64,000 bases of DNA from Octopus sinensis. Its lineage: Eukaryota. Both the position numbers and the translations under genes were made by a program. Where the stretch lies: the NCBI RefSeq assembly GCF_006345805.1, contig NC_043011.1, positions 34,856,464 to 34,920,463 on the forward strand, in the 5' to 3' direction. The first letter of the stretch is position 1. Each line of letters begins with the position of its first letter. The notes beneath the pieces were generated by a model. It was not told the DNA's origin. It did not search any database and saw only the letters and a list, made by a program, of their open reading frames with translations. This document shows positions 51,207 to 64,000 of this stretch, one piece after another.

Positions 51207-51210
<4 letters not shown>
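49920..51210 (-). mobile_element. Degenerate hAT-like DNA transposon 5' part with zinc-finger remnant
   Basis: Minus strand 50090-50290 reads GAATYRNTFK/SWKEIYPMKTVKYDRHRFFCIPCSTELPCHHQGPADVKNHC (BED-like finger, one frameshift). Terminus-like TTGTCAAATCTCACG with CTCACG subterminal repeats at 51145-51210; CpG-rich. Second terminus not found. Confidence 0.6.
50380..50794. mobile_element. MITE with 29-bp perfect TIRs, 8-bp TSD and internal (CCCTAA)3
   Basis: GGATCTTTTCGGTTTGAACGGCAGTTTTT / AAAAACTGCCGTTCAAACCGAAAAGATCC; TSD CATTAACC at 50372-50379 and 50795-50802. Confidence 0.93.
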
Positions 51211-51245
<35 letters not shown>

Positions 51246-52070
51246 TATATCATAAAGGGTAAGTTTCGCCGTATGACTTCCCTAACTGAATTGCTGTTTA
51301 GCCCCCAAATCAGCCCTGATGAAAAAGGAAACTTATGATTAAAAGCATTCAAGTTATAACCACCCGAGCTTATTTCCAGGCTGAATACATTTTGAACAAC
51401 ATATCAGCTACACGGCGAATCTCTCACTCAAACCATAGTTATGTAGTGTCTCATATAAGTGACCTCCATGACGAAAGGGCTAAAGCTATTGGTAAAATGG
51501 GTTTATGAACTGGATTTCGATTCCCGAGTTGCTTGCTTACTTTCATCGTTCATCGATCCGTTATTCATCTCGTATATTCATTAAAACGTCCAATAACCTA
51601 TTAGGTCGTTTACGTCATCACCAAAAATTAGCGCGTTTTGCGATTTAAAGTGAAGGACCAGATTCTTCTCAGAACACAATAACGAGAAATTAAATTCAAC
51701 AAGGCTATCGGAAAACAACACATTATAGTCCGAGGAAAATACTGGTCGACGTCAGTAAAAATAAAAAATCAGTTCAGTGATAAAGTTCAAAAAATAAAGT
51801 TGTGGTTATCAGATTATCTCGACGAGACCTATGATCAATGTCATATAGTACTTTATTTCATTTAATTTGCCACAAGGGCATTACATAGATAGTAGCTTTG
51901 CGGGCTGGACATAGACATTAATGAATGATGGTGATGGAACGAAGATGGTGATGGGAGAAGACGAAAGCGCCCGCCGACTTCCGCTTCATATAGTACTTTA
52001 ATGCAAACTACCTTCTGCTTCCCGGATGAAGGGGGGGTGCAAAATACATACATACATACACACACACGCA

Positions 52071-52106
<36 letters not shown>

Positions 52107-52290
52107 TGTATACGACGGGCTTCCACACAGTTTCAGTTTTCATCAACCAAATTCACTCTCACAAGGCGGTGCCACATAAAAAGCACCCCGTGGATCTGGC
52201 ACGGGTGCTTTTTATGCCGATGGCACGCATAAATACAAGCTACCTTCTGCTTCCAAGCAATCCTTCAGGCTAAAATACACAACATGCTAG

Positions 52291-52530
<240 letters not shown>

Positions 52531-53094
52531 TAACCTAGTGGTTTGGGTGTTGCAAAATCGTGGTTTCAATTCCCAGACGAGGTGATGTGTAAGCAAAAAC
52601 ACTTCATCACTGCAACATCTAGCATGTGCTACACTGTGCGCCTGTCCCAGGCAATGTCGATTTGATTGAAGGGGTGAGCTAATGTAAAACACAAACACTT
52701 GATCACTATAAATAAATCCTCTTCAGCAAGAAGGAAACTTCAGCTGTCGTCTACGACAGGAGAGTTCACAATATGGCTCCTTGTCGGTTACGACGAGTGT
52801 TCCGGTTGATACAATCAACGGAACAGCCTGCTCGTGAAATTAACGTGCAAATGGCTGAGCACTTCATAGAGGCGTATCCTTACCGTAGTTCTCGGGGAGA
52901 TTGAGCGTAACACCGAATGCGATAAAGCTGGCTTTTTGAACTAAAAGTACAACTCGTTTTTGTCAGCTGAATGGACTGGAACAACGAGAAATAAAGTGTC
53001 TTATTCTAGGACACAACGCACCGCCAGGAATAGAATTCAGGACTTTACGAGCGTCAGCCGAATGCGCTAATCATTAAAAAACAACGCGGCTTCT

Positions 53095-53152
<58 letters not shown>

Positions 53153-53363
53153 ACATTCTGATGAGGTCAAATTCACCAATCATCCTTTCAGAATCGGTAC
53201 AATAAAGTGCCAGTCAAGTATAAGGGTCCTTCAAAATCGCTTAACTTCTGGCCAAATCAGAAACCACACACACACACATGTGTGTGTGTGTGTGTGTATT
53301 GTCAGAAGTTCATATATTCGAAAAAGAAGCACGCTCTGAAGCATTTAGAGCACTACTATAGAT

Positions 53364-53594
53364 TTTAGGAAGCTAAATGTTATGGTCAGTTATAGAATGA
53401 CCATTGGTTTGACACCTATAAAGCGCTTAGCAGTATAGTCGACTCGTGAGACTCAAATGGCCAGAGGAGGATAACCTCCAATTGTCGAGATGTTATGTCA
53501 TTTAAGTCTGACGAGTCACCAAAACTGCTAAGCGCTTTACAGGTGCGAAGCCAACGGTCACTCTATGACCGTCCATAACATTTAACTTCCTAAA
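53364..53594. mobile_element. Fold-back element (about 98-bp diverged arms) with a hammerhead motif in each arm
   Basis: Arms 53364-53461 / 53497-53594. Confidence 0.75.
53505..53562 (+). ncRNA. Type-I hammerhead motif with a long stem-II loop (one core mismatch)
   Basis: AGT-CTGACGA-G(T)CACC(21 nt)GGTGC-GAAG-CC(AAC)GG-TC-ACT. The mirror arm has AAACCAATGGTC, so the two-arm consensus gives GAAAC...GUC. Confidence 0.55.
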
Positions 53595-53598
53595 TATA

Positions 53599-54108
53599 TC
53601 TCTATATATAAAACTGTAGTTGTGTGAGTGTCTGTCTCCTACGATTTAGATTCCTAACTACTCCCACATTTTGCGGTGCAGTTTAACCAAATTCGGGTAT
53701 CTTATAGTCGTGATTCATATCGAGCCCGTCTGGGTATTAGTGCGCGTCTACGATGAGTCTACGATTTTAAAAATAATTTAACATCATTTTTTTCCATTTC
53801 TTCCAATTTTTTCGTGTGTCGATGGCGGCGGAGTTGGCGTCCATGATCACACCTGCACATGTGTTGCTTCTCCCCCTTCTTCCCTCCCTCGTGAAGCTGT
53901 GGGGAAGGGAGTGTAAGGAAATCAACGTCGTAAAGCGTTGTCAAGGAGACCAGCGTTCTTTTAGAACAACGACTTCATGGCTTGAAGACACCAAAATTAC
54001 CATCATTTTTTATTCCATTTTTGATGCATTTTTTTGCTATAACTCACTAAAAATGCTTATATAGTTATTTCCCTTACAAACCCGAGCAACGCCGGGCGAT
54101 ACTGCTAG
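53599..54108 (+). mobile_element. Non-autonomous Helitron
   Basis: A|TCTCTATATATAAAA start, 3' hairpin CCCG-AGCAACGC-CGGG (54081-54096), CTAG|T end, no TSD. Confidence 0.88.
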
Positions 54109-54498
54109 TATATATATATATATTACATTATCCTGAATGCATATGTTCCCTTCTCTTTTAACAATGACACATTGTAATTTAAGGCGAGATGGTTGTTATT
54201 TTTAGCAAATCTTTCGCTCAATAATAAACAAAATAAATTTTTAAATGATATAATCTTTGAATACTGTGATGAAGAGAAAATTCTAGCGTTTCAAGCAGTG
54301 TCGGTCCTTAGACAAAACATTTAAAATTTTCCTCTTTTTATTGCATAAAAACGTATTCCAACTTGTGAACTTTATATAAACTAACGAAATTCTTGATTAC
54401 ATCCAGTAACGTAGCGTGAATTACCAGTTCCCGGGCTGTTTTTAGTTTTCTTGTGAAAATTTGCGTGCCTAAGAATTTTGCGTATACGTTAACCGGCC

Positions 54499-54930
54499 CA
54501 GTGGTTCTAACCATGGCTACCAAACCCATAGACCGTTCCTTTTTCTTTCTTTTTATTTTACAGGTATTTCTAAATACATGACGTCGTCATTTGTGATCAC
54601 TTCGGAAGTGCAGTGTTTTAACAAACTTTGCGTGTGTCTCTAGGTGTTTGCGTACCTCATTTTGAGAACCCCTAGCCCTAAAATTATTTGTTATCGTTTC
54701 AACCAGGAGTTCTCAACCAAGGTCCATAAGAGATTTTGTTGTTAAAATTTATATACAATAAATTGGTCATACTTCTATATTTCACCAAGTATTTTTTTTA
54801 TACAATTTCTAATGATATCTAATTCTAAAATTATAACAGGATATTTTAAACCTCGAATGGCTATGAGGATCCATCCAAGTAAAATAGGAATCACGGGGGT
54901 CCACACGCAAAAAATTATTGAGAACCACTG
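54499..54930. mobile_element. Two adjacent degenerate hAT MITEs (54499-54674, 54704-54930)
   Basis: CAGTGGTTCT...TTGAGAACCCCT and CAGGAGTTCTCAA...TTGAGAACCACTG termini. Confidence 0.7.
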
Positions 54931-57000
54931 CTTTGGACCTCGATTGAGCAGACGACCTTACGACCAAAGAAAAGCATTCCGGTCGAGACCATTTCGTCTT
55001 TGTCAGACAAGCTAGCTAAATTGAGTTTAGAGGGTGACATTAAAATGGAGAGTTGTTGGACTCATTCATATTCTAACGATGTTTGTAGGCATTCTTTGGG
55101 TATAAATATGGTAACTGTCAGAATTTTGCCAGCTGATTCCCAGACGTTCTCGGCAGTTTCCGGAAAAATTTAAGATATGTTTATTTTATATATGTGTTTT
55201 CGGCAATGTTTTACATGTGCTGGTGATTGCTGAACACTCACACACACACATACACACATTCGACAATGTATTTCATCTGCTCGAGATTTCGAATGCGCGC
55301 CGCACACACACAGGCACACACACACACACACAGAGGCACACACACATACATACATACATACATACATACATACATACACAGAGTTTCCATAAACAATAAA
55401 CTGCTGAGAACGTCGGAAAATCAGTAATTACAGAGAAAATAAACTGGTTTCTAATTTTTTTAACAACATTTACATTTCGTTGTATTCTATCATTGTCAAA
55501 AACTCTACAACAAAAGTGTGAACTTGCAAAGAACAACGATGGAAACTCGTAGCTGACATTCAAATTAGAAAATGCCTGTTAAGGAAGATTTTTAAGAACG
55601 TATATAAAAAAAAAAAGAACAGTTTCGTTAACCCTTCAGACCGAAACAGTAATGAACATATTATTCTCTTTTTCACGATATATACTCGAGTTTTACGCTT
55701 TAAACATCCTCAACTATGGAACGAAATCGAAAAGATAATCCAGACCTCTAACGTAATGAAATATAGCTGTGAAGATCTATAAACTTATGGGTAAAGGTGC
55801 CGAATATGTACGTAAACAACGACCTCCAGTTCAAAACAGAAGCGACTACATAGAAACGATATGCTGGACTCCACGAGTCTACAAAATGTTTGAAGAAATG
55901 GTGTTTTATTGTTTATAAATTATACAAGTAGCCTCGATTACCACTGATACATTTTTCACTGATCGAGGGGTATAATATGGTATGCTCAATTGTAATCCAT
56001 GTTACGCTTATCATGAATTGATGTGTGTTAACATGGGTCGGCAACCAATCAAAAGTTCTGCTTGTAGCACACATACACAAAAAAAAGAAACATGCCTCGG
56101 CGATCATACACAATGCTCAAACTATTTAGAATACACTGAAAATAGCTTGTATTTACACGACCGTGCTGCAAGTCTGTGTATTATGTACCCATCGACATGA
56201 GACCAGTGAAAAGAAAACTATACGACGGAACCTAATCCTAACAACGACGCAGACGGTGGAGGCTTCACTGCTGTAGGCCGCGAGTTTCGTGTCAATTTAC
56301 CATTCATTCTTTTACAAAATGCGTATAGGTGATTCATTTATCACTGTCTTTTTTTTTGGGGGGGGGGGTCATTAACCAAAACCCCGTGATAAACGAGGAT
56401 AGATGTACAATAAAACGGTGATTTAGTTTTATTGGTTTTAGTAATTACAGGCTCCGTTATTGATTTATAAAACCATATTTGCACAAAACATTTGGAATCA
56501 CCGAATGTCTATTGTGACGTTTTCTGTCGATAAAATATATCTAAAACAGCAATTAACACAGTTTAATTAATCTTAGGATTTACTTATGTAAAGTAGATTT
56601 ATCTTGAAATTGGGTGAATATAGCACATCGTTTTACACTGGAGGTCGTTGATTACAGACAAGGCCAAGAACTTTGCTAAATTTAAGCATTAAAACATCTA
56701 TAAAATATGCAGTTTCCACGAGTCCAGCTAGTTTATTAAGTTGAAGCCCTATGAATTTGTAAAATTAAAGGTGCATTATTTTTTCTCAACACAGATGTGG
56801 CCACACTAGATTCTTGCATTTACAATTACACCTTCGTATTTAAAAGGTCTCCTGCTCTTTGCGCCATGTGGTCGTTCGGCCTACTAAAAATAGCAGGCAA
56901 GTTTTTACAATTCATACTATTCAGGCTTCAAAATTGGAACGATACATAATAAATACAATGTAGTCCTAGATAGGCAAACGGATCTTGTTAAATTTCTTCA

Positions 57001-57235
57001 AACTACTTGCTAATTTTAAATGCTTGTAGAAGAAAAAAATAAGAATGAATGTTATTTTCGTCATCACAAATTTACATCAGAACTACATTTAAAAAAAAAA
57101 AAAAATCTGGTGGAAACTTGAAACCACTTGCTAATTTTAAATGCTTGTAGAAAAAATAAAAGAATGAATGTCATTTTCATCATCACAAATCTACATCAGA
57201 ACATTTTTTGAAAATAATCCGGTGAAAATTTGAAA
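57001..57235. repeat. Tandem duplication, about 121-bp period
   Basis: ACTTGCTAATTTTAAATGCTTGTAGAA...ACATCAGAAC at 57005 and 57126. Confidence 0.88.
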
Positions 57236-57628
57236 ATTTTCAAGTGGTTGGAGGAAATTTAACAAGACCCCATACAAACTTATGGGGATGCCCATCGCTG
57301 GTATGTCTTTCTTCATTGGTCCCTTCAATGAATACTGACCTCGGACTCTACAAGTTATGCACAATGCAAATAATCGAGTTTTCGACGAATCGAATGAAAA
57401 TTCAAGCCTCCGAGATTCAATTCTACGTTTAAGAATTTTCCCTTCGCTCACATTCACGAACACGCAGGCATAGCTGCTGTGGTTAGAAAACTCGATTTCC
57501 AACGACGTTGTTTTCGGTTCAGTCCCATTGCATGACATCTTGGGGGAAATTTCTTCTACCGTAGCTTTGGCTGGCCAATGGCTTGTGAGTGAATTTGGTA
57601 GACGGAAAGTGTGCGGAAGCACGTCGTT

Positions 57629-57671
<43 letters not shown>

Positions 57672-57672
<1 letters not shown>

Positions 57673-57963
57673 GAGGCGCAATGGCCCAGTGGTTAGGGCA
57701 GCGGACTCGCGGTTGAAGGATAGCGGTTTCGATTCCCAGACAGGGCGTTGTGAGTGTTTATTGAGCGAAAACACCTAAAGCTCCATGAGGCTCCGGCAGG
57801 GGTGGGGGAGATCCCTGCTGTACTCTTTCGCCGCAACTTTCTCTCACACATTCTTCTGTTGGCCTGCCCGCTTAGCCAGCAGGGTGGCGTCATTTGAAGG
57901 CTAAAGCAATGCGAAGCGCATTGTGACCAGCAATGTGTAGCAACATCTGATAGCCTGGTCGGT

Positions 57964-57970
<7 letters not shown>
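57672..57970 (+). mobile_element. SINE with a family B head and a different 3' tail
   Basis: Nearly identical to 18632-18808, then diverges into GGCCTGCCCGCTTAGCCAGC...GGTCACGTGA. Confidence 0.85.
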
Positions 57971-58034
<64 letters not shown>

Positions 58035-58036
<2 letters not shown>

Positions 58037-58262
58037 CACATAAATGCGAAACAAGGTGGAAAAAATAGTACTCGAATACCAAAGGTAGAGTAATATGCTT
58101 TATTGAAAAGCAGCAAAAATATCACAAAAACTGTTACTCAGAGTTTCACGTTCCCGTTCGTCGGACAGTTTTGTTTAGAATCTAAACAAACTGACCGACG
58201 AACGGGAAGGTGAAACTCTGAGTAACAGTTTTTGTGATACTTTTGCTGCTTTTCAATAAAGT
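58035..58262. mobile_element. Hammerhead fold-back element in (TA)n (arms 58098-58179 / 58181-58261)
   Basis: Homologous to 19322-19556; (TA)n on both flanks. Confidence 0.85.
58131..58168 (-). ncRNA. Minimal type-I hammerhead motif, U4C variant, GNRA-capped stem II
   Basis: Minus strand: CTGT-CCGACGA-ACG(GGAA)CGT-GAA-ACTC(T)GAGT-A-ACAG, all three stems perfect. Mirror at 58191-58228 (+) has two substitutions. Confidence 0.78.
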
Positions 58263-58517
58263 GTATATATATATATATATAAACTATATTTTTTAATAAT
58301 TTTGTTATATATTTAAATAATCTTATGTATTTGGCTTAAGTTTTTCATTGTATGATTTGCCTAATAGTGGTTTTATCTCTAATTTAATATTATATATATA
58401 TATAATATATATATATATTAGATTTGATATCTGTAACAGAATGAAATAAATTGTTCCCTTGATGATCCATTGAGTTTATGTGTCACGTGAGCTACTCACT
58501 AGGCTCTGAGCTATACT

Positions 58518-58605
58518 CTTGAGGTACAAAGCTTGAGGTACAAAGCTTGAGGTACAAAGCTTGAGGTACAAAGCTTGAGGTACAAAGCTTGAGGTACAAA
58601 GCTTG
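58518..58605. repeat. Six perfect copies of CTTGAGGTACAAAG (14 bp)
   Basis: Direct reading. Confidence 0.97.
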
Positions 58606-59776
58606 TTGATTGTCACAGAGTAAGCTCAGGAGAGTAGGAAACTAGCTGAGTAAACTACATAAAAAAACAGCAGAAGCCAACGGGAAACTATTGCTATACA
58701 TTTCCCAGGAATCATGATTTTGGCACCAGAGGTCCATAACCGCTGACACCTGAAGGTATCGTACATAAGAAGTAGAGAGAGAGGGTGAGAGTCTAATGTC
58801 ATCTGAAAGAGACAGATAGATAGATAGGTAGATAAAGAGAGAGGGGAAGAAGGAGAGACTAATGCCAGCCGGGAGAGAGAGAGAGAGAGATTGTCAGATG
58901 GGGCAGAGAGGATGAGAGAGACAGAGAGAGGGAGAAAGAGAGTGACATTAATGCCAACTGGAGCACCAGCGTCAGAGTTGAATATTTTGTGTATTTTAAT
59001 TTATTTAATGTGTGTGTGTGTGCGCGCGCGCGCGCGTGTGTACGTGCGTGTGTTTTTCTTTTACTCTCTTTTACTTGTTTCAGTCATTTGACTGTGGCCA
59101 TGCTGGAGCACCGCCTTTAGTCGAGCAGATCGACCCGAGGACTTATTCTTTTGTAAGCCTAGTACTTATTCTATCGGCCACTTTTGTCGAACCGCTAAGT
59201 TACGGGGCCGTAAACACACCAGCATCGGTTGTCAAACGATGTTGGGGGGACAAACACAGACACACAAACAGACACACACACACACACATACACATACATA
59301 TATATATACATATATTACGACGTGCTTCTTTCAGTTTCCGTCTACCAAATCCACTCATAAGGATTTAGTCGGCCCGAGGCTATAGTAGAAAACACTTGCC
59401 CAAGGTTCCACGCAGTGGGACTGAACCCGGAACCATGTGGTTGGTAAGCAAGCTACTTACCACACAGCCACTCCTACGTGTATATGTTACGTGTGTATAA
59501 ACTTCAAAGGAACAGGAAATTATACTGAAAGCTATGAGGTAATGAGCAAGCAACCAGCTCAGAGTGCATAGCATCATATAACAGAAATTATGAATAATCT
59601 AATGAGGTTCATAGCACAATTTCCCGTTCCTTTGTCATCTGATTGCATATTACGCTCTGTACTAGACAAACGCTTCTTTTCTGAAGTATATACATACTGG
59701 GTTCTAACACCGGGCGCAGACGTGGCTCTGTGGAAAGAAGCTTGCTTCCCAACCACATGGTTCTGGGTTCAGTCCC

Positions 59777-60011
59777 ATCATCATCATCATCATCATTGTT
59801 CGACCGTGGTCGAGACAATGGAATTTACTATGTTACGCCAGACTTCACGGTCCATCATAGCATTACGGAGGTCCTGTTGCTGGATGCCTGTATCCCTGGA
59901 GATTACATCAGGGTAGGAGAGTGTGCGCCCTCTGGTATTGCGAGTAGATGGCTTCCAGAGGAGAAGAGGAGAAATTACTTCTTTTTCAGCTCTACAACAA
60001 TGTCCAGCAAA
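59777..60011 (-). mobile_element. RTE-like LINE 3' end inserted in a SINE A (59713-60335)
   Basis: Minus strand: FAGHCCRAEKEVISPLLLWKP...DLRNAMMDREVWRNIV...* plus (GAT)n; same family as 37044-37163. Confidence 0.88.
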
Positions 60012-61378
60012 GTATCTTCAACTATTGCCTCATATTAAACAACGCCTTGTGAGCGGGTTTGGTAGACGGAAACTGAAAGAAGCCCGTCATGTCTTGTGTG
60101 TGTGAGTGTGTGTGTGTGTGTGTGAGTGTGTGTGTGTGTGTGTGTTCCCTCGTCACTGCTTGAGAACCGGTGTTGGTGTGTTTACGTCCCCGTAACTGAG
60201 CGGTTCGGCAAAACTGACTGATAGAATAAGTACTGGGCTTTAAAAAAAATACTCCTGGGGTCGATTTGTTCAATTAAAACCCTTCAAGGCCGTGCTCCAA
60301 TATGGCCGCAGTCAAATGACGGATACAAGTACAAAAAAAAATAAAATAAGCGAAATGTGTGAATGTGGGGGGGGGTGTTCATGTGACTAATATTTTGGTG
60401 TAGAGTGAGGGTTTCCATATATTCACCATTTCTAATCGGATTAGAGTACTTTTTTTTTATCGTCATTTCAAAGTAGATTAGTGTTGGATGCTGAACAGAG
60501 AAACAATAAGACAAGACACCTTCTGGTTATTATAGATCCGCGCCCAGGTGGCAAAAATGGAAAAAAATATGTGTAACAGGTGTAAGGCATCGTATATTGA
60601 AGGAATATGACGAAAAAAAAGCTTGGAGAAAGAAAGAAAAAAACTTTGGTTTTAGTAGAGGAAGTTGCGTAACTGTCGCATGCCTTAATACATATTACAT
60701 ATTAACGTATCACAATAAATGGGCCAGCCCCTTAACGCTACCGTTAAAATCTGACTCCCTTCGCATAGGGGAAAAGATACCCTAATTTCTATTTTGGGAA
60801 AACTTGAAAAAAAATGTTACTCCACGTTTCGTATAAGAGTAGAGAATAACCTGAAACCCTTTATGTTAACAGAACGAAGAAATGGAGTAGGGTGCTGTGG
60901 GATGATTGTGATGTTTATGCCTTTCTCAAGGTCATTCGCAGTAGAAATGAAGTGAACGGTTCCCAAAAGGAGACATAAAGGTCCCCTGGAAATATCACGA
61001 GACTGTAGCTATATTCAGCCAATGTTAAGAGAAAGAGGCACAAACATAGTGTGTGCATGTATAAAGTGTGTGTATGTATGTATGTATGTTTGTGCGTGCG
61101 ATGTCTATATGTATGTTTTGTGTGTGCAATGTGTATAAGTATGTATGTCTATATGTACAGTGTGTCCATAAATTACTTTTACAAGTTGATACAATAAATT
61201 GTGGAAGTTGTAAAGATAATTTATGAACTACACACACACTCCCTCCCATACCCCACACACACATCATTGTACAGGAGTGTATTTTGTAAAGGCACACACA
61301 AGACTATCCATCCATGTCTGTATATGTATATTATATTCGTGTATTAAATTATGCACAGTCATCTTAATATAGCCCGTC

Positions 61379-61473
<95 letters not shown>

Positions 61474-61759
61474 CATATATACATATATAATTTGTGTGTA
61501 GGTGTGTGTGTGTGTGCTTGTGTGTCTGTGTTTGTCCTCCAACATCGCTTGACAACTGATGCTGGTGTGTGTGTGCGTCCAGTAACTGAGCGGTTCGGCA
61601 AAAGTGACCGATAGAATAAGTACTAAGCTCACAAAGAATAAGTCCCGGGGTCGATTTGTTCGACTAAGTGCGATGCTCCAGCATGGCCGCAATCTAATGA
61701 CTGAAACAAGTAAATGAATATATGAATATATATATATATATATAATATATAATATAATA

Positions 61760-61822
<63 letters not shown>

Positions 61823-61826
61823 ATAT

Positions 61827-61880
<54 letters not shown>

Positions 61881-62508
61881 ACACACATCGTGTATATGTA
61901 TGCATGCGTGTATGAATTTATATAAAACTTAATGAATACCCACACAGACATAATCAAACCCCGACGACGATGGGAATTTCCTAAGTATGTCGAGAAAGAA
62001 CAAGTATGTTTGTGACAAAAAAAAAACCGTTTCCCACGAACAATAAAATCAAAACACATTTTGCTAAATAAACATAAATTACCTTGTTTTTCGTTTATTA
62101 CACATAGATTACAAGATATTTTTCTCGTTATTATATTTATTTCTTAAGGTTTTCCATGAGGATAAGTGATATATTTTAATATCCATGTGAATTATTCATT
62201 ATTTAAAAATTATTGTAACCTTCTACCCCGCTGCCCATTTTGTCCCGTCCAGGTAAATTTATTGTATATTTAACGACAGTCTAATACTTTATACTGTATT
62301 ATCTAACAATAATCTATAGATACAGTCTGAAAGTACAGTAATAGCACTATTAACGTGCGACTAATTTCTCAATTTGTCCAATAAATATCTTTCATTTTCT
62401 TTCCCTAGATGTCGAGGCGAATTTCTTAGTGAAGAGAAGGTTGTGATCGTTCGTATGCCCCATATGTTAATCCTACCCGAGCAGAAACCAACCATCAAAG
62501 GCCTAGAA

Positions 62509-62668
62509 CAGTGGTGGGCAACATAAGGCCCGCGAGACTTCATGAAAAATTACCTTGAGTTTTTTAGCAGTGCAGCCCGCCATATGAGTTTTTTAGCAGT
62601 GCAGCCCGCCATATGATAAGCTATGTCTCATGCGGCCTGATCCTCCAAAAAAGGGTTGCCCGTGTCTG
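62509..62668. mobile_element. hAT (Charlie-like) MITE
   Basis: CAGTGGTGGGCAAC / GTTGCCCGTGTCTG termini, perfect TSD GCCTAGAA, internal 29-bp duplication. Confidence 0.9.
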
Positions 62669-63002
62669 GCCTAGAAGCTGTCATCATCTACTAATTTTTA
62701 AGGGTTTTCTACATCACCCGATGTATTCATTATTAATTATTATTCTTTATCATTTGCGGGGGAAGGGTGATAGCTTCGACTAACAGCGTCCCCTAATAAG
62801 TGCTGGTCTTGAGCCTATATCAAAAACTATTATCATCATCATCATCATTATTGCCCCGCCCCGCCTCGAGTTAAAATTCCGCCGAAGTCATTTAGTCTTA
62901 CATACTTCCGGGTTGATAAAATAAATACCAGTTGATCACTAGGGTCCATATAACTGACTTGACCCCTCCTCCTTCTCCTAAAATTGCTGGCCTTCTGTCA
63001 AA

Positions 63003-63034
<32 letters not shown>

Positions 63035-63142
63035 AACGGTAGTGTGTCATTTGAGGGAGATCTGGCTGCTATTTCTGGCCGGTTTCAAGATCCCAAGTTG
63101 GCTTACAGAATGTTCGACGATTTAAAAACATGCTACACACGT

Positions 63143-63202
63143 TATATACATACATACATACATACATACATACATACATACATACATACATACATACATA
63201 CA

Positions 63203-63238
<36 letters not shown>

Positions 63239-63367
63239 GATAGATGGATAGATATAGATATATACATATATATACGTACATACATATATATATATATTAT
63301 AGATAGATGGATAGATATAGATATAGATATATACATATATATACGTACATACATACATATATGTGTG

Positions 63368-63413
<46 letters not shown>

Positions 63414-63835
63414 TATATATATATATATATATATATGCAGCTATTCATCCATCCATCAAGCCATCCATATAGTCATGCGTGTATATTGGGTGTGTGTATA
63501 TATATATATAAACATACATACGTACATGTGTGTGTATGTATGTATGTATGTATGTATATATGTATGTATGTAGTATTATACCGTATTATACATAGAAAGA
63601 TTATCTGTGGATAAGCAGATAGATATATACACGTGTTTACATAAATATAATAGTGGTTACAAATATCTTCTATTGTTTGACAACACATTTGGAATATACA
63701 AGTTACGTGTCTTGCCCGTCTGCATACGTGTGTATCAATGTGCGTGTTTATTGTGTATATATATGTATATGTGTATACATGTATAAGAGTATATATGTGT
63801 ATGCATGTATATTATATGTGTGTATATAGACAAAC

Positions 63836-63897
<62 letters not shown>

Positions 63898-64000
63898 GAT
63901 AGGTACATACATGCATACATACATACATACATACATACATGCATACATAATACATACATACATACATACATGCATACATACATACATACATACATGCATA
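63143..64000. repeat. Compound (CATA)/(TA)/(GATA) microsatellites
   Basis: Direct reading. Confidence 0.95.

Noticed and set aside
53158-53190. CTGATGAG hammerhead-like core
   Set aside because: Lies in a decayed SINE D B-box region; no downstream GAAA or stems.
55789-56200. Short ORFs with a CNPC-YAYHELMC motif resembling half a PHD finger
   Set aside because: Ligand spacing is off, stops intervene and the first half is absent; at most a decayed element.
58484-58655. Possible hammerhead enclosing the 14-bp array (GAAACTAGCTGAGTA after a stem)
   Set aside because: No CUGANGA-like core before the stem (CACGTGAG only).

Overview
AT-rich, repeat-saturated animal genomic DNA with one 100-N scaffold gap (20874-20973). 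The SINE, LINE and microsatellite content points to an octopus (coleoid cephalopod); this is inferred, not database-confirmed. I cannot support any host protein-coding gene: nearly all ORFs in the track are microsatellite or SINE artefacts. Recognisable content: four tRNA-SINE families; a 5'-truncated RTE LINE with a PHD finger inside its RT region; a CR1 3' end sharing its tail with the main SINE; two dead mariners; a degenerate hAT element; piggyBac, hAT and other MITEs; and a non-autonomous Helitron. The most interesting signal is a set of at least 10 short fold-back (inverted-repeat) elements, mostly in (TA)n tracts. Several of them, from unrelated sequence families, carry minimal type-I hammerhead ribozyme motifs that all point outward from the hairpin centre; two families have a CCGA (U4C) core and one may have a U3-A8 core. 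These resemble Penelope-like-element terminal remnants. There are also recurrent templated inverted duplications and an apparent CpG-decay boundary near 34 kb.
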